Shown here: positions 9,769 through 20,096 of the stretch, one piece after another
Layout: each line of letters starts with the position of its first letter
Numbering within the stretch: the stretch's first letter is position 1
DNA from: an uncultured Pseudomonadota bacterium
Lineage (GTDB): Bacteria; Pseudomonadota; Gammaproteobacteria; Burkholderiales; JALYOK01
Assembly (NCBI GenBank): GCA_902826775.1
Contig: CADEHE010000003.1
Span: 431,892 to 495,891 of the forward strand
DNA length: 64,000 nt
Direction: 5' to 3'
Program-made: the position numbers and the translations under genes
Notes under the pieces: model-generated
Databases searched by the model: none
What the model saw: only the letters and a program-made list of their open reading frames with translations
Told to the model about the DNA's origin: nothing

Positions 9769-11547
9769 GCCGGCGGCGTCGAGTTCCATGACTGCCGCCG
9801 CGCCGTGCATCACGCTGTGCGCGAGCGCAGCGGCTTGCGGCAGCGCGTTTTGCGCGTAAAAATTCGCCGTAGCGATTTTGCTTTGGTAGAAAGCCGCATC
9901 CCCCTGCTTCGCGGTCAATTGCGCTGCCGCAATTTCGGCTGAGCGCGCTAGCATCCAACCGCCAAACACTGTTCCAACCAGCTTCAAGTATGGCACGGCG
10001 CCGGCAAACACGAGCTTGGGCTGCGCTGCGTTCTGCATGATCCAGCGCGTTGCTTGCTCCAGCGATTTGGCTGCCGCACCGAGCGCAGCGGCAATCGCCT
10101 TAGTCGCATCGACTTGCGCAATGCGCGCCGTGTCGGCAGCTATTTGCTGCAGCGCTGTGGTCATGGCCTGCGCCCCATCGCGCAACAGCTTGCGGCCCAT
10201 CAAGTCCAGCGCCTGAATTCCGGTTGTGCCTTCATAAATCGTGGTGATGCGCGCATCGCGCAGGTGCTGTGCCGCGCCGGTTTCTTCGATGAAGCCCATG
10301 CCGCCGTGCACTTGCACGCCAAGCGAGGCAATCTCGACCGCCAGTTCGGTGCTCCAGCCCTTTACCACCGGCGTAAGCAACTCGACCCACGCTTGCGCGG
10401 CTTTGCGCGCGTTCGCGTCGGGATGATGCAATGCTTGATCGAGTTTCGCGCCTTCCAAGCACATCAAAGCGCGCGCGGCTTCGATGCCGCTCTTCATCGT
10501 CATCAACATGCGGCGCACATCGGGATGATGCACGATGGTCACGCGTTGCTTGCTCGAGCCGCCGATATCGGTGCCTTGCACGCGCTCGCGCGCATAGTCG
10601 CGTGCTTGTTGGTAAGCGCGATCGGCTATACCCACGCCTTCCACGCCAACCGCAAAGCGCGCCAAGTTCATCATGACAAACATGTACTCCAGGCCGCGAT
10701 TTTCTTCGCCGACCAGGTGGCCGATCGCACCGCCCTTGTCGCCATACGCGAGCACCGCGGTGGGACTGCCGTGAATGCCTAGCTTGTGTTCAATCGACAC
10801 GCAGCGCACGTCGTTGCGCTCGCCCAAGGAACCGTCGTCGTTCACCAAGAATTTCGGCACGACGAAGAGCGAGATGCCCTTCACGCCTTCCGGCGCTGTG
10901 GGCGTGCGCGCGAGCACGAGGTGGATGATGTTCTCCGCCATATCATGCTCGCCATAGGTGATGAAAATCTTCTGGCCGGTGATGCGGTAGTGAGATCCTT
11001 CCGGCACCGCCTTGGCGCGCACTGCCGCCAAATCGGAGCCAGCTTGCGGCTCGGTCAAATTCATCGTGCCGGTCCACTGGCCGGCGATCATCTTGTGCAG
11101 ATACTTTTGCTTCAGCTCCGCCGAACCGCACAGCACCAGCGCTTCGGTCGCACCGCGCGTAAGCAACGGGCACAAGGCGAACGACATGTTCGATGCGTGC
11201 CACATTTCATCCACACAGCACGCGAGCAATGACGGCAAGCCTTGTCCGCCAAACTCGGGCTCCGAGGCAAGACCGTTCCATCCTGCTTCGACGAACTGCC
11301 GATACGCTTCCTTGAAACCAGGCACGGTGGTAACACCATGCTCGTGCCACTTCGCCCCGGTTTTATCGCCCACGCGGTTCAGAGGCGCAAGCACGCCACC
11401 GGCAAATTTACCTGCTTCCTCAAGAATTTGATCGACCAAGTCCGCGCTCACCTCTGCAAAGGCGGGTATGGTGTTCACTTCCTGCAGCCCGATCACTTCC
11501 TTGATCAGAAACTGCATATCCTTCACCGGCGCGTGGTAGTCGCTCAT
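9763..11547 (-). CDS. long-form acyl-CoA dehydrogenase (about 594 aa, with C-terminal extension domain)
   Basis: 'MSDYHAPVKDMQFLIKEV...' and the canonical catalytic region 'RDARITTIYEGTTGIQALD'. It lies directly upstream of etfAB on the same strand. Confidence 0.9.
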   Translation of the reverse strand: MSDYHAPVKDMQFLIKEVIGLQEVNTIPAFAEVSADLVDQILEEAGKFAGGVLAPLNRVGDKTGAKWHEHGVTTVPGFKEAYRQFVEAGWNGLASEPEFGGQGLPSLLACCVDEMWHASNMSFALCPLLTRGATEALVLCGSAELKQKYLHKMIAGQWTGTMNLTEPQAGSDLAAVRAKAVPEGSHYRITGQKIFITYGEHDMAENIIHLVLARTPTAPEGVKGISLFVVPKFLVNDDGSLGERNDVRCVSIEHKLGIHGSPTAVLAYGDKGGAIGHLVGEENRGLEYMFVMMNLARFAVGVEGVGIADRAYQQARDYARERVQGTDIGGSSKQRVTIVHHPDVRRMLMTMKSGIEAARALMCLEGAKLDQALHHPDANARKAAQAWVELLTPVVKGWSTELAVEIASLGVQVHGGMGFIEETGAAQHLRDARITTIYEGTTGIQALDLMGRKLLRDGAQAMTTALQQIAADTARIAQVDATKAIAAALGAAAKSLEQATRWIMQNAAQPKLVFAGAVPYLKLVGTVFGGWMLARSAEIAAAQLTAKQGDAAFYQSKIATANFYAQNALPQAAALAHSVMHGAAAVMELDAAGF

Positions 11548-11571
11548 GCTTGCCTCCGAAACTCTAGAATC

Positions 11572-12507
11572 TTACTTGCCCAAGGCAGCAGTCAGCTCGG
11601 GCACCGCTTGGAACAAATCGGCGACCAGGCCGTAGTCGGCGACCTGGAAGATCGGTGCTTCGCCATCTTTGTTGATCGCCACGATGACTTTGCTGTCCTT
11701 CATACCGGCTAGATGTTGAATCGCGCCGGAAATGCCGATCGCGATGTAGAGATCCGGCGCGACGACCTTACCGGTCTGGCCGACTTGGTAATCGTTCGGC
11801 ACGAAGCCGGAATCCACCGCGGCGCGCGAAGCGCCGATTGCAGCGTTCAATTTTTCCGCCAGCGCTTCGAGGATTTTGAAGTTCTCGCCGTTCTGCATGC
11901 CGCGCCCACCGGATACCACCACGCGCGCCGAGGCGAGCTCTGGGCGATCCGACTTGGTGAGTTCTTGGCCGATGAATTCCACGTTTGCGTTCCCGGCGGC
12001 CGCGGCGAGATTTTCGACTGTGGCCGTGCCGCCCGTTGCCGGCACGGCATCGAATGCCGTGGTGCGCACGGTGATGACTTTGATCGCATCCTTAGACTGC
12101 ACCGTGGCGAGCGCATTGCCCGCGTAAATCGGCCGCACGAAAGTGTCCGCGGAAACAACCTCGCTAATGTCGGAGATTTGCGCCACGTCGAGGCGCGCTG
12201 CTACTCGCGGCATGAAATTCTTTCCCGACGTTGTAGCCGGCGCCAATATATGCGTGTAGTTCTTGGCGATGGAGAGAACGAGTTCGGCCAAATTCTCGGC
12301 GAGTTGATGGGCGAACGCCGGTGCGTCAGACGCCAGCACCTTGGCTACGCCCGCAATCTGTGCCGCAGCTTGAGCCGCCGCGCTGCATTGGTGGCCGGCG
12401 ACCAGCACGTGTATGTCAGCGCCAAGACGCTGCGCGGCAGCGATGGCGTTGCGGGTGCTCACTTTGATAGAGTTTTGATCGTGTTCAGCAACTACGAGGG
12501 TTGACAT
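11572..12507 (-). CDS. etfA: electron transfer flavoprotein alpha subunit
   Basis: 311 aa. '[11 protein letters not shown]...' with the C-terminal FAD region '[28 protein letters not shown]'. Confidence 0.93.
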   Translation of the reverse strand: MSTLVVAEHDQNSIKVSTRNAIAAAQRLGADIHVLVAGHQCSAAAQAAAQIAGVAKVLASDAPAFAHQLAENLAELVLSIAKNYTHILAPATTSGKNFMPRVAARLDVAQISDISEVVSADTFVRPIYAGNALATVQSKDAIKVITVRTTAFDAVPATGGTATVENLAAAAGNANVEFIGQELTKSDRPELASARVVVSGGRGMQNGENFKILEALAEKLNAAIGASRAAVDSGFVPNDYQVGQTGKVVAPDLYIAIGISGAIQHLAGMKDSKVIVAINKDGEAPIFQVADYGLVADLFQAVPELTAALGK

Positions 12508-12578
12508 CGGAATTCGGCTCCCAAGCTATTTCTTATCGGCACGTCTGGCCATGAGCAACGCATGACTTGCACGTGCGC

Positions 12579-13331
12579 TCATGCGATCACCTTGGCTTCG
12601 GTGCGCAAGCGATTGACCAAATCGGCAACGTCCTTTACCAGCACGCCTCCTTTGCGCTTGGGTGGCTCTTGCACTTTCAGAGTCGTTAAGCGCGGAGCGG
12701 GATCCACGCCTAGCCCCGCCGGGCTCACCGTATCGAGAGGTTTCTTCTTCGCCTTCATGATGTTCGGCAGCGTTGCATAGCGCGGTGTGTTCAAGCGAAG
12801 ATCGGTCGTAACGATCGCCGGCAGCTTCACTTTGATCGTTTCCAGCCCGCCGTCGACTTCGCGCGTTACCGTGGCAGCGTTGTCCGCAATCACCACTTTC
12901 GACGCAAACGTTGCCTGCGGCCAGCCCAGCAACGCCGCTAGCATTTGGCCAGTTTGATTGGCGTCGTCGTCAATGGCCTGCTTGCCGAGAACAACAAGCT
13001 GGGGCGATTCCTTATCGCACAGCGCTTTCAACAACTTTGCGACCGCCAGCGGTTGCAGTTCAACATCCGTTTCCACCAGCACGGCACGGTCGGCACCCAA
13101 AGCCAATGCCGAGCGCAACGTTTCACCGCAAGCGGCAACGCCCATCGATACTGCAACGATCTCGGTCACCGTGCCGGCCTCCTTAAGGCGCACCGCTTCC
13201 TCAACGGCAATCTCGTCGAAGGGATTCATCGACATTTTTACGTTGTCTGTCTCCACGCCGCTGCCGTCGGCCTTGACGCGGATTTTCACGTTGTAATCAA
13301 CCAGCCGCTTGACGGCGACCAATACTTTCAT
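12579..13331 (-). CDS. etfB: electron transfer flavoprotein beta subunit
   Basis: 250 aa. '[26 protein letters not shown]...[12 protein letters not shown]'. Confidence 0.93.
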   Translation of the reverse strand: MKVLVAVKRLVDYNVKIRVKADGSGVETDNVKMSMNPFDEIAVEEAVRLKEAGTVTEIVAVSMGVAACGETLRSALALGADRAVLVETDVELQPLAVAKLLKALCDKESPQLVVLGKQAIDDDANQTGQMLAALLGWPQATFASKVVIADNAATVTREVDGGLETIKVKLPAIVTTDLRLNTPRYATLPNIMKAKKKPLDTVSPAGLGVDPAPRLTTLKVQEPPKRKGGVLVKDVADLVNRLRTEAKVIA

Positions 13332-13444
13332 TCCATCTCCTGGGCTTAAGTCGGGATCGAAAGCTCATGATTTTACTTGGACTCGAGACGCACCGGTTGG
13401 GCCAAGCTTATGGCAACATTAAGTGTTTGGAGGCCTGACAAGTC

Positions 13445-13612
13445 AACGTTCCCGGCATTGGCAACGTTTTATTGGTCAAAAGGCAACGTTTTGTTGTAAA
13501 ATTCTGCAAAACAGGGGGGCTACGCCGTGCGGTTTTGGACGAATTTCTATACTGCAGGCAGCGTTGCCGGGCTGGAGGGCCGAGTAACGTAACTTCGAAA
13601 ACCGGGAACGTT
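13445..13612. promoter_or_regulatory. cluster of four AACGTT-core sites, including an 11-nt direct repeat (candidate operator)
   Basis: GGCAACGTTTT occurs at 13460-13470 and again at 13482-13492, a 22-bp spacing. TCAACGTTCC lies at 13443-13452 and GGAACGTTGC at 13605-13614. All are in the AT-richer etfB/HTH-gene intergenic region. Confidence 0.3.
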
Positions 13613-13637
13613 GCAAAGAGAGGTTGGTAAAACAGAT

Positions 13638-14183
13638 ATGGATATGAAAAATTACAATAGCGACAATTTGCTCGATCTTGCCAAGCGCAAGCTTGGCGTC
13701 GACAGCGACTACGCCCTCGCTCTCCAGCTTGGTGTCAATCGCTCGGTGATTAGCCGCATCCGCACAGGCAATCGCCGCATTAGCGCCAAGACCATCGTCA
13801 AGATCCAAGGCATCACCGGGTTGACCATGGAAGACATCAAGCGCGTCACGAATGACACGCGGCGCGTTTTCCGCTCACAACCGAAACGCTACCGCGATCG
13901 CGCCATGTCGCCGGCGCCGAATCCCTCGAAGGCCACTAACCACATCGCGCGCCTGTTCGATTTCGTGCGCCTCAAGCTAAGCCTGCGTTCCAACAAGGAG
14001 TTGGCAAATATCCTCGAGACCGATGTGTCCGTGCTGAGCCACATGCGCACTGGATTCCGGCCCCTTAGCGCGAACGTGATCGTCAAGATTCAAGAAACCA
14101 CTGGGCTCTCGCTCGAAGGTATCAACGGAATCTTGACTGGCAAGATGCTGCCTCCTGCACTACCGGCGAAGAAACGCGCCTAG
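13638..14183 (+). CDS. DNA-binding protein with two tandem HTH modules (internal duplication)
   Basis: The two halves align. First half: 'LLDLAKRKLGVDSDYALALQLGVNRSVISRIRTGNRRISAKTIVKIQGITGLTMEDI'. Second half: 'LFDFVRLKLSLRSNKELANILETDVSVLSHMRTGFRPLSANVIVKIQETTGLSLEGI'. The start is uncertain (TTG 13611, ATG 13638 or ATG 13644). Confidence 0.6.
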   Translation: MDMKNYNSDNLLDLAKRKLGVDSDYALALQLGVNRSVISRIRTGNRRISAKTIVKIQGITGLTMEDIKRVTNDTRRVFRSQPKRYRDRAMSPAPNPSKATNHIARLFDFVRLKLSLRSNKELANILETDVSVLSHMRTGFRPLSANVIVKIQETTGLSLEGINGILTGKMLPPALPAKKRA

Positions 14184-14210
14184 ACCACACGCACCAACCC
14201 TCTCCTCCTA

Positions 14211-14245
14211 AATCGCCGAGCGCCCTGCTCGGCGATTTTGTTTTG
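14211..14245 (+). terminator. Rho-independent terminator
   Basis: aatcgccgagc-gccct-gctcggcgatt followed by ttgttttg, about 30 nt after the HTH gene stop. Confidence 0.8.
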
Positions 14246-14302
14246 CGCGATCGATTTGCGCGCCAATCTATAATCGAGCGCTCCACCTTGATCTGATCCT
14301 CG

Positions 14303-15751
14303 ATGTCACGCACTATGGAGCCGTCCGCGTTGTCTGCTCAATTAGCCGCCATCGTCGGCGCCGAAAACGTGCTGACGGCAGCCAGTGCAATGCAAGCTTA
14401 CGTAGCCGATTGGCGTGGTCGTTACGTCGGCAACGCGCTGTGCGTCGCACGCCCCGCCAATACAGACGAAACAGCCGCGATCGTGCGCTTATGCGCACAG
14501 CAGCGCACCCCAATCGTGCCGCAAGGCGGCAACACAAGCCTGTGCGGAGCCTCAGTGCCCGATCAAAGCGGCAATGCTGTTCTGCTGAGCCTCACGCGCA
14601 TGCAGCGCGTGCGCGCCCTGGATCTGGCGAACAACACGATCTGTGTCGAAGCCGGCTGCGTGTTAGCCAACTTGCAACAAGCCGCCGACGACGCGGACCG
14701 GCTGTTTCCTGTCAGCCTCGCGGCTCAAGGCAGTTGCACGATCGGCGGCAACGTCGCCACCAACGCCGGCGGCGTGCAAGTACTGCGTTACGGCAACATG
14801 CGCGAACAAGTCCTTGGCCTCGAAGTCGTGTTGCCGGATGGGCGCGTGTGGGACGGCTTGCGCGCTTTGCGCAAGGACAATACCGGCTACGATATCAAGC
14901 ACGCGTTCATTGGTTCCGAAGGTACGCTGGGCGTTATCACCGCGGTGACGTTGAAGCTCTATGCGCGGCCGCGCCACCAAGCCACTGCGTGGATCAATGT
15001 CGCGGATCCGGCCGCAGCCGTGGCCCTACTGCAAGCGTTGCGACAGCAAGTGGGCGAACGCATCACTGCATTCGAACTGGTTTCGCGCTATTGCGTGGAG
15101 CTGGTGCTCAAGCACATCCCGGGCACGCGCGATCCGCTGCCGTATCGCCCCGGCGAGCCGCACGATCTTCAGGGAGCATGGTATGTGCTGCTCGAACTCT
15201 CCGATGAATCGGCTGCAGCGAGCCTCTCCGCGGATCTCGAACGCGCATTGTCCGATGCCTTCGAATCGAAGATGATCGGTGATGCCGCCGTCGCCGAGAG
15301 TTCGGCGCAAGCGCAGGCGCTGTGGGCGTTGCGTGAAAACATCTCCGAAGCGCAGCGCTTGGAAGGTCTCAATATCAAACACGATATTTCCATCCCGCTC
15401 TCCCGTATGTCCGCCTTCGTTGCCACCGGACATCAGCGCATCGCGCATGCCTTTCCCGGTGCGCGCATGGTGGTGTTTGGCCACGTCGGCGACGGCAACT
15501 TACACTACAACGTGTCTGCCCCCGAAGGCCAAGACGCGCGAGCGTTCCTGGCGCAAGCGCCGGCCGTCAACCTCATTGTGCATGACTTGGTGCATGAAAA
15601 CACCGGCAGCATTAGCGCCGAACATGGCATCGGCCAATTAAAGCGGGACGCGTTGCCGCGCTACAAATCGGCCATCGAACTTGATTTGATGCGCGCGCTT
15701 AAGCGTGCCTGGGACCCTGACAACATCATGAATCCCGGCAAGATACTTTAG
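14303..15751 (+). CDS. FAD-binding oxidoreductase, GlcD / D-2-hydroxyacid (D-2-hydroxyglutarate) dehydrogenase-like
   Basis: 482 aa with an FAD_binding_4-type N-terminus, 'RPANTDETAAIVRLCAQQRTPIVPQGGNTSLCGASVP'. C-terminus 'EHGIGQLKRD...DPDNIMNPGKIL'. Its position near etfAB fits ETF-coupled D2HGDH enzymes (established knowledge). Confidence 0.8.
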   Translation: MSRTMEPSALSAQLAAIVGAENVLTAASAMQAYVADWRGRYVGNALCVARPANTDETAAIVRLCAQQRTPIVPQGGNTSLCGASVPDQSGNAVLLSLTRMQRVRALDLANNTICVEAGCVLANLQQAADDADRLFPVSLAAQGSCTIGGNVATNAGGVQVLRYGNMREQVLGLEVVLPDGRVWDGLRALRKDNTGYDIKHAFIGSEGTLGVITAVTLKLYARPRHQATAWINVADPAAAVALLQALRQQVGERITAFELVSRYCVELVLKHIPGTRDPLPYRPGEPHDLQGAWYVLLELSDESAAASLSADLERALSDAFESKMIGDAAVAESSAQAQALWALRENISEAQRLEGLNIKHDISIPLSRMSAFVATGHQRIAHAFPGARMVVFGHVGDGNLHYNVSAPEGQDARAFLAQAPAVNLIVHDLVHENTGSISAEHGIGQLKRDALPRYKSAIELDLMRALKRAWDPDNIMNPGKIL

Positions 15752-15791
15752 GCCGTGGGTTGTATCGGTAGGGAAGCGGGAATCGCAGACG

Positions 15792-16364
15792 TTAGCCGCG
15801 ACCGAGTCCGTAAAACTCGCGATTCGGCCGCATGCCCGTTAAATTCGCCATACGATTCGACAAGGCAAACAAAGCGGCAACGGCGCCGATATCCCAAATA
15901 TCCTCGTCGCCAAAACCCTGTAGGCGCAACACGTCAAAATCGCTCTGTTCAACTTTGTGCGACTCCGCGGCCACTTTTACCGCGAAATCAAGCATCGCAC
16001 GCTGGCGTGGCGTCAGCGGCGCTTTGCGGTAGTTGATCGCGATTTGGTCACCGATCAGCGGATCTTTCGTGTAAATGCGCAGAATCGCGCTATGCGCTAC
16101 GACACAATACTCGCAACTATTTACTGCGCTCGTCGCCACCACGATCATTTCCCGCTCGGCTTTGCTCAGCCCGCTTTCTTTGAGCATCAGCGCATCGTAG
16201 TAACCAAAGAAGGCGCGAAACTCGTCCGGCCGGTGCGCCAGCACAATGAAAGTGTTCGGAATGAAGCCAGACTTCTGCTGCACGGCGAGAATGCGCTCGC
16301 GCACATCGGGCGGCAAGTCTTCTAGCTTTGGAACAGGAAAGCGGCTTATCGGCAAATCCGCCAT
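15792..16364 (-). CDS. peroxidase-related / AhpD-like carboxymuconolactone decarboxylase family protein
   Basis: The start at 'MADLPISRFPVPKLEDLP' matches this family's usual N-terminus. The CxxC..H motif is 'AVNSCEYCVVAHS'. Confidence 0.8.
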   Translation of the reverse strand: MADLPISRFPVPKLEDLPPDVRERILAVQQKSGFIPNTFIVLAHRPDEFRAFFGYYDALMLKESGLSKAEREMIVVATSAVNSCEYCVVAHSAILRIYTKDPLIGDQIAINYRKAPLTPRQRAMLDFAVKVAAESHKVEQSDFDVLRLQGFGDEDIWDIGAVAALFALSNRMANLTGMRPNREFYGLGRG

Positions 16365-16445
16365 GATCTTCACTCGCTGCTTAGTAGGATAGCCACAGTA
16401 TAACCGGGGCAAGTCGCGCTGATTCCCGGCGCCCGAGATCGCCCT

Positions 16446-17297
16446 TCACTGCAACAGGAAATCGCGCACCGTGCCGATCTCAAATTGCGTCATGAGCGCC
16501 GGCGCATGGCCGACACCGCTAATTTCAACCGCGTATACAGCGGTTGGACGCGAGGCGATCATCTGCTTGAGCGTATCGGCGAGCAACAGATCCGACTCAG
16601 TACCACGCAACACCAAGGTCGGGCAGCGCAGCGCCTGCCACAGCGGCCAGAGCGTGACGTCGGCCAGGGGTCCAGCGAATGCCTGACCAATACTGGGGTC
16701 ATAATGCAGCCGAAACGATGACTGATCAATGCTCACGGCGCTATACTGGGCGAGGTGACGCCATTGCTCAGAGGTGAGTGCGCCAAACCCTGCGAGCGTC
16801 TCGCGCAAATAGCGCTCCACGCCTTCCAAATCGGCAAAGCTCGGCGCTTTGCCGACGTAAGCTGCCAAGCGCTCGAGTGCGGCTTTGGGAATGAATGGCC
16901 CCACATCATTGATCACGAACTTGCGGATTGGCGCGTTCGGTTGCGCAGCCAACATCATGCCGATCAGCCCGCCCATCGAAGTGCCGACCCACTCGACCTG
17001 CTCGACGCCGAGCCGCGCAATCAAGGCATTCATGTCCGCGCAATACTGCGGATAAGCGTAGTCCTGGGCATGAGTCAACCAATCGCTGCGCCCACGCCCG
17101 ACAACATCCGGGCACACCACCCGAAAGTCGCGCGCCAGTTCCCGCGCCAGATAGTCGAAGTCGCGCCCGTTGCGTGTCAGTCCATGAACACATATCACCA
17201 CGCGCGGATTATCGGCATCGCCCCACTCAACATAGGCAACGCGATGGAAACCGTGCGGCCCAAGGCCGAGAAAGGAATGCGCGCGTGGTCCGGTCAT
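16446..17297 (-). CDS. alpha/beta hydrolase
   Basis: 283 aa. Oxyanion region 'VICVHGLTRNGRDF', nucleophile elbow 'GTSMGG', and C-terminal 'GVGHAP'. Confidence 0.85.
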   Translation of the reverse strand: MTGPRAHSFLGLGPHGFHRVAYVEWGDADNPRVVICVHGLTRNGRDFDYLARELARDFRVVCPDVVGRGRSDWLTHAQDYAYPQYCADMNALIARLGVEQVEWVGTSMGGLIGMMLAAQPNAPIRKFVINDVGPFIPKAALERLAAYVGKAPSFADLEGVERYLRETLAGFGALTSEQWRHLAQYSAVSIDQSSFRLHYDPSIGQAFAGPLADVTLWPLWQALRCPTLVLRGTESDLLLADTLKQMIASRPTAVYAVEISGVGHAPALMTQFEIGTVRDFLLQ

Positions 17298-17475
17298 GGA
17301 ATCAGATTAGGCAATCGAGCAATCATCGGGCGGCTGAGCAAGCGCTGAGCCGCTTTCGCGTCAGCTACTATCGTAACCCAGTTTCCGGCGCATGCGCATG
17401 AAGAAACTCACGCTCTGCGCTGCCGCGGCATGCCATAAAATCGACTCCACGGGTGATCAGACGAGAAGCGTAGCA

Positions 17476-18189
17476 ATGCCAGCGCGAACTTTCAAAGAAC
17501 GAATCAAAGTATGCATGTTCGATCAATACGGCACCGTTGTGGACATGCAAAAAGGGCTAACCGAAGTGGTTACGCCTTACTTGAGGCAAAAGGGGTGGAA
17601 CGGACGGCCGGATGCCTTTGTCACTTGGTGGCGCCGCACGCACTTCGAAAGTTCCATGATCGACGCGCTGCTGCACCGCGAGCATACGTCCTATCGCGAA
17701 ATCGGTCGGCGCGCTGTGGCCTACACTTTAGAGCGGGCCGGACTCCAGTTCACCATGGACGAAGTGCGCTTTCTGGTCGCGCAGATCGAGCAACTCAAAC
17801 CTTTTCCCGATGTGCCGCAAGCACTTGCGCGCTTGCGAAAACTATACAAGATTGCGGTGTTATCCAACGGCGACCCCGACATGCTGGAGAATTCCAAGGC
17901 GTTTCACAAGATCGAGTTTGACGCAGTGATTTCCGTCGCCGTGGCCAATTCATTCAAGCCGCATGTGGCGACCTACATCAAGGCCGCCGAGATCATGGGC
18001 GTGGGCATGGACGAAGTGCTGTTCGTCGCCAACCATCCGTTCGATTGCATCGGCGCAAAGTCGGCCGGCATGCACACCGCATTCATCGATCGCCGCATGC
18101 GCCCATTTGGCATCACGCCGCACCAACCGGATCTCGTTGCGCTGGATATGAAAAGCTTGGCCGATATGCTGGTAACGCCGGCCGCGTAA
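17476..18189 (+). CDS. haloacid dehalogenase type II (HAD superfamily)
   Basis: From the ATG at 17476: 'MPARTFKERIKVCMFDQYGTVVD', a DxYGT motif I variant. Also 'LSNGDPDML', 'FKPHVATY' and 'LFVANHPFDCIGAKSAGM'. Confidence 0.8.
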   Translation: MPARTFKERIKVCMFDQYGTVVDMQKGLTEVVTPYLRQKGWNGRPDAFVTWWRRTHFESSMIDALLHREHTSYREIGRRAVAYTLERAGLQFTMDEVRFLVAQIEQLKPFPDVPQALARLRKLYKIAVLSNGDPDMLENSKAFHKIEFDAVISVAVANSFKPHVATYIKAAEIMGVGMDEVLFVANHPFDCIGAKSAGMHTAFIDRRMRPFGITPHQPDLVALDMKSLADMLVTPAA

Positions 18190-18215
18190 CCCCACGGCCG
18201 GCTCCCCTCGCTCCC

Positions 18216-19496
18216 CTAACCGAGCATGTCTGCCCAGATATTCTGGGCCCAAGACAGAGCGTATTCACCCTCAAGTTCGTTGGCTTCCTTCGACAGGCCG
18301 CCGGAATCCTTCACCGTCTCCAGCAATTTCTTTTCGGCATTGTACTGGTGCACGGAGGAGACGTGAATGACTTTCTTATCGTCGACGAAGCTGTAGCAGG
18401 TATTCACCGCCACCGGCGTCGAGTTTGGCGCGCGGCCATCGAGCAACTCGATGATGGCCGCTGCGGCAATCTTGCCATGCTGATTCGCCATATGCCCGGA
18501 TTTGGGCATCGCCGGCGCCGCCAGCACCGCATCGCCAAGAATGTGGATGCGCGGCTGCACTTTCGATTCCATGGTCAACCAATCGACGTCGCACCACTTG
18601 TTGTTGGTGGTAATGAGCCCGGTATTCTTGGCGATATCGGCCGCGCGCTGCGGCGGTACCACGTTCAGCACATCGGCTTTTACGTCATCGAACTCCAGCT
18701 TCGCCGTGCGCGTTGCGACATCGACATCCATTAGTCTGCTGTTCGGGCGATATTCGATCATGCCGCCGTACATTTCCTTGAAGATCTTATCGAACAGCGC
18801 GGGCTTGGAAACGATCTTGTCGTTGGCATCGAGCACCAGCACTTTCGACTTCGGTTTGGCTTGTTTAAAGTAATGCGCCGCCTGGCACGCGCGCTCGTAC
18901 GGTCCGGGCGGGCAGCGGTACGGCGCCAAGGGAATGGTGATGGCGAATACGCCGCCATCGGGCATCGCTTCAAGTTGCTTGCGCAGCGTCAGCGTCTGCG
19001 GGCCCGCCTTCCAAGCATGCAAGATTTGCTCGCGCGCTGCGGCATCTTGCAAGGCCGGCACTTGATCCCATTGAAACTCGACACCGGGCGACATTACCAA
19101 GCGCTCATACCCCATCGACTGGCCGCTGGCGAGTTTTACCGTACGCTTCTCGGCATCGATAGCGACCACTTCGTCATGCACGATGCGCACCCGCTCTTTC
19201 GCAAGCGAAGCGTAACCGCGCGTGATGTCGGGCAGCGACTTGCTGCCGCCGATGATCAAATTCGACAGCGGGCAGGAGACAAACTCTTGGTCGCGCTCGA
19301 TCAACGTGACATTCACGTTCGCGCCGCCCCAATGCTTCAAATAGCGCGCCGCGGTCGCACCGCCGAACCCGCCGCCGATCACGACCACATGATTCTTGCC
19401 GCCGCCAGCTTCCATCGATGCGCAGCCGCCGAGCGCGGCAAAGCCCGCGCTCGCCGCAGCCGCCTTGAGAAAATCACGCCGATTCACCGTGCGCAT
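18216..19496 (-). CDS. fccB: flavocytochrome c sulfide dehydrogenase, flavoprotein subunit
   Basis: Tat signal 'NRRDFLKAAAASAGFAALGGCA' and the FAD fold 'HVVVIGGGFGGATAARYL'. 426 aa. It follows a small c-type cytochrome gene. Confidence 0.85.
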   Translation of the reverse strand: MRTVNRRDFLKAAAASAGFAALGGCASMEAGGGKNHVVVIGGGFGGATAARYLKHWGGANVNVTLIERDQEFVSCPLSNLIIGGSKSLPDITRGYASLAKERVRIVHDEVVAIDAEKRTVKLASGQSMGYERLVMSPGVEFQWDQVPALQDAAAREQILHAWKAGPQTLTLRKQLEAMPDGGVFAITIPLAPYRCPPGPYERACQAAHYFKQAKPKSKVLVLDANDKIVSKPALFDKIFKEMYGGMIEYRPNSRLMDVDVATRTAKLEFDDVKADVLNVVPPQRAADIAKNTGLITTNNKWCDVDWLTMESKVQPRIHILGDAVLAAPAMPKSGHMANQHGKIAAAAIIELLDGRAPNSTPVAVNTCYSFVDDKKVIHVSSVHQYNAEKKLLETVKDSGGLSKEANELEGEYALSWAQNIWADMLG

Positions 19497-19505
19497 GTTG
19501 TCTCC

Positions 19506-19808
19506 CTATTTTTGCGCCGCGAAATAATCGGCGATCAGTCTTAGCTGTTCGTCGGTGAAACCCTTGGCGATCTGGTGCATGATCGTCGCCGGACGCTTGC
19601 CTTCTTTGAATTCGGTCAGCTTGCCGATGGTGTCCTGCGCGGGTTTGCCGGCAAGCGCTGCCACTTTTCCGACCGAGTGCCCCTCCGTGCCATGGCAATT
19701 GGCGCAAGTTGCCGCGAGGTTGCGCGCAAGGCGGTCGCTACCTGAACCATGCGCAAAAACGTTGGGCGCAACGCTCACACACAGCAGCAGTGCGAAAAAT
19801 AGTTTCAT
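19506..19808 (-). CDS. fccA: monoheme c-type cytochrome subunit of sulfide dehydrogenase (FccA/SoxE-like)
   Basis: Only the last 100 codons of ORF 19506..20441 are credible. They contain the signal 'MKLFFALLLCVSVAPNVFA' and the heme motif 'CANCHG'. The stop lies 9 nt before the fccB start. Confidence 0.85.
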   Translation of the reverse strand: MKLFFALLLCVSVAPNVFAHGSGSDRLARNLAATCANCHGTEGHSVGKVAALAGKPAQDTIGKLTEFKEGKRPATIMHQIAKGFTDEQLRLIADYFAAQK

Positions 19809-20096
19809 GAATAATCCTTGAATCGTTGATCCATATGGTCTGCGCACTCTATGCAAGCCACTGCACACGCCGCAGCGCCATTGTACGGGCTCACGCTGGG
19901 CCCGCTTGTCTACATGCACTCCAGCCAATACTGTACGAGATATAAATCGGGATCTGTCTATAGATAAGACATACAGCTTATATCTACCCTGGGTATAAGG
20001 GCCTGAGGCAATGCAACCATACCGCATCAGGTTCGATCTGCGCGCGCGCAAGGACTTTGTTAGAGTACCCAATCTAACTTTCGCGCGAGGCCAAAC

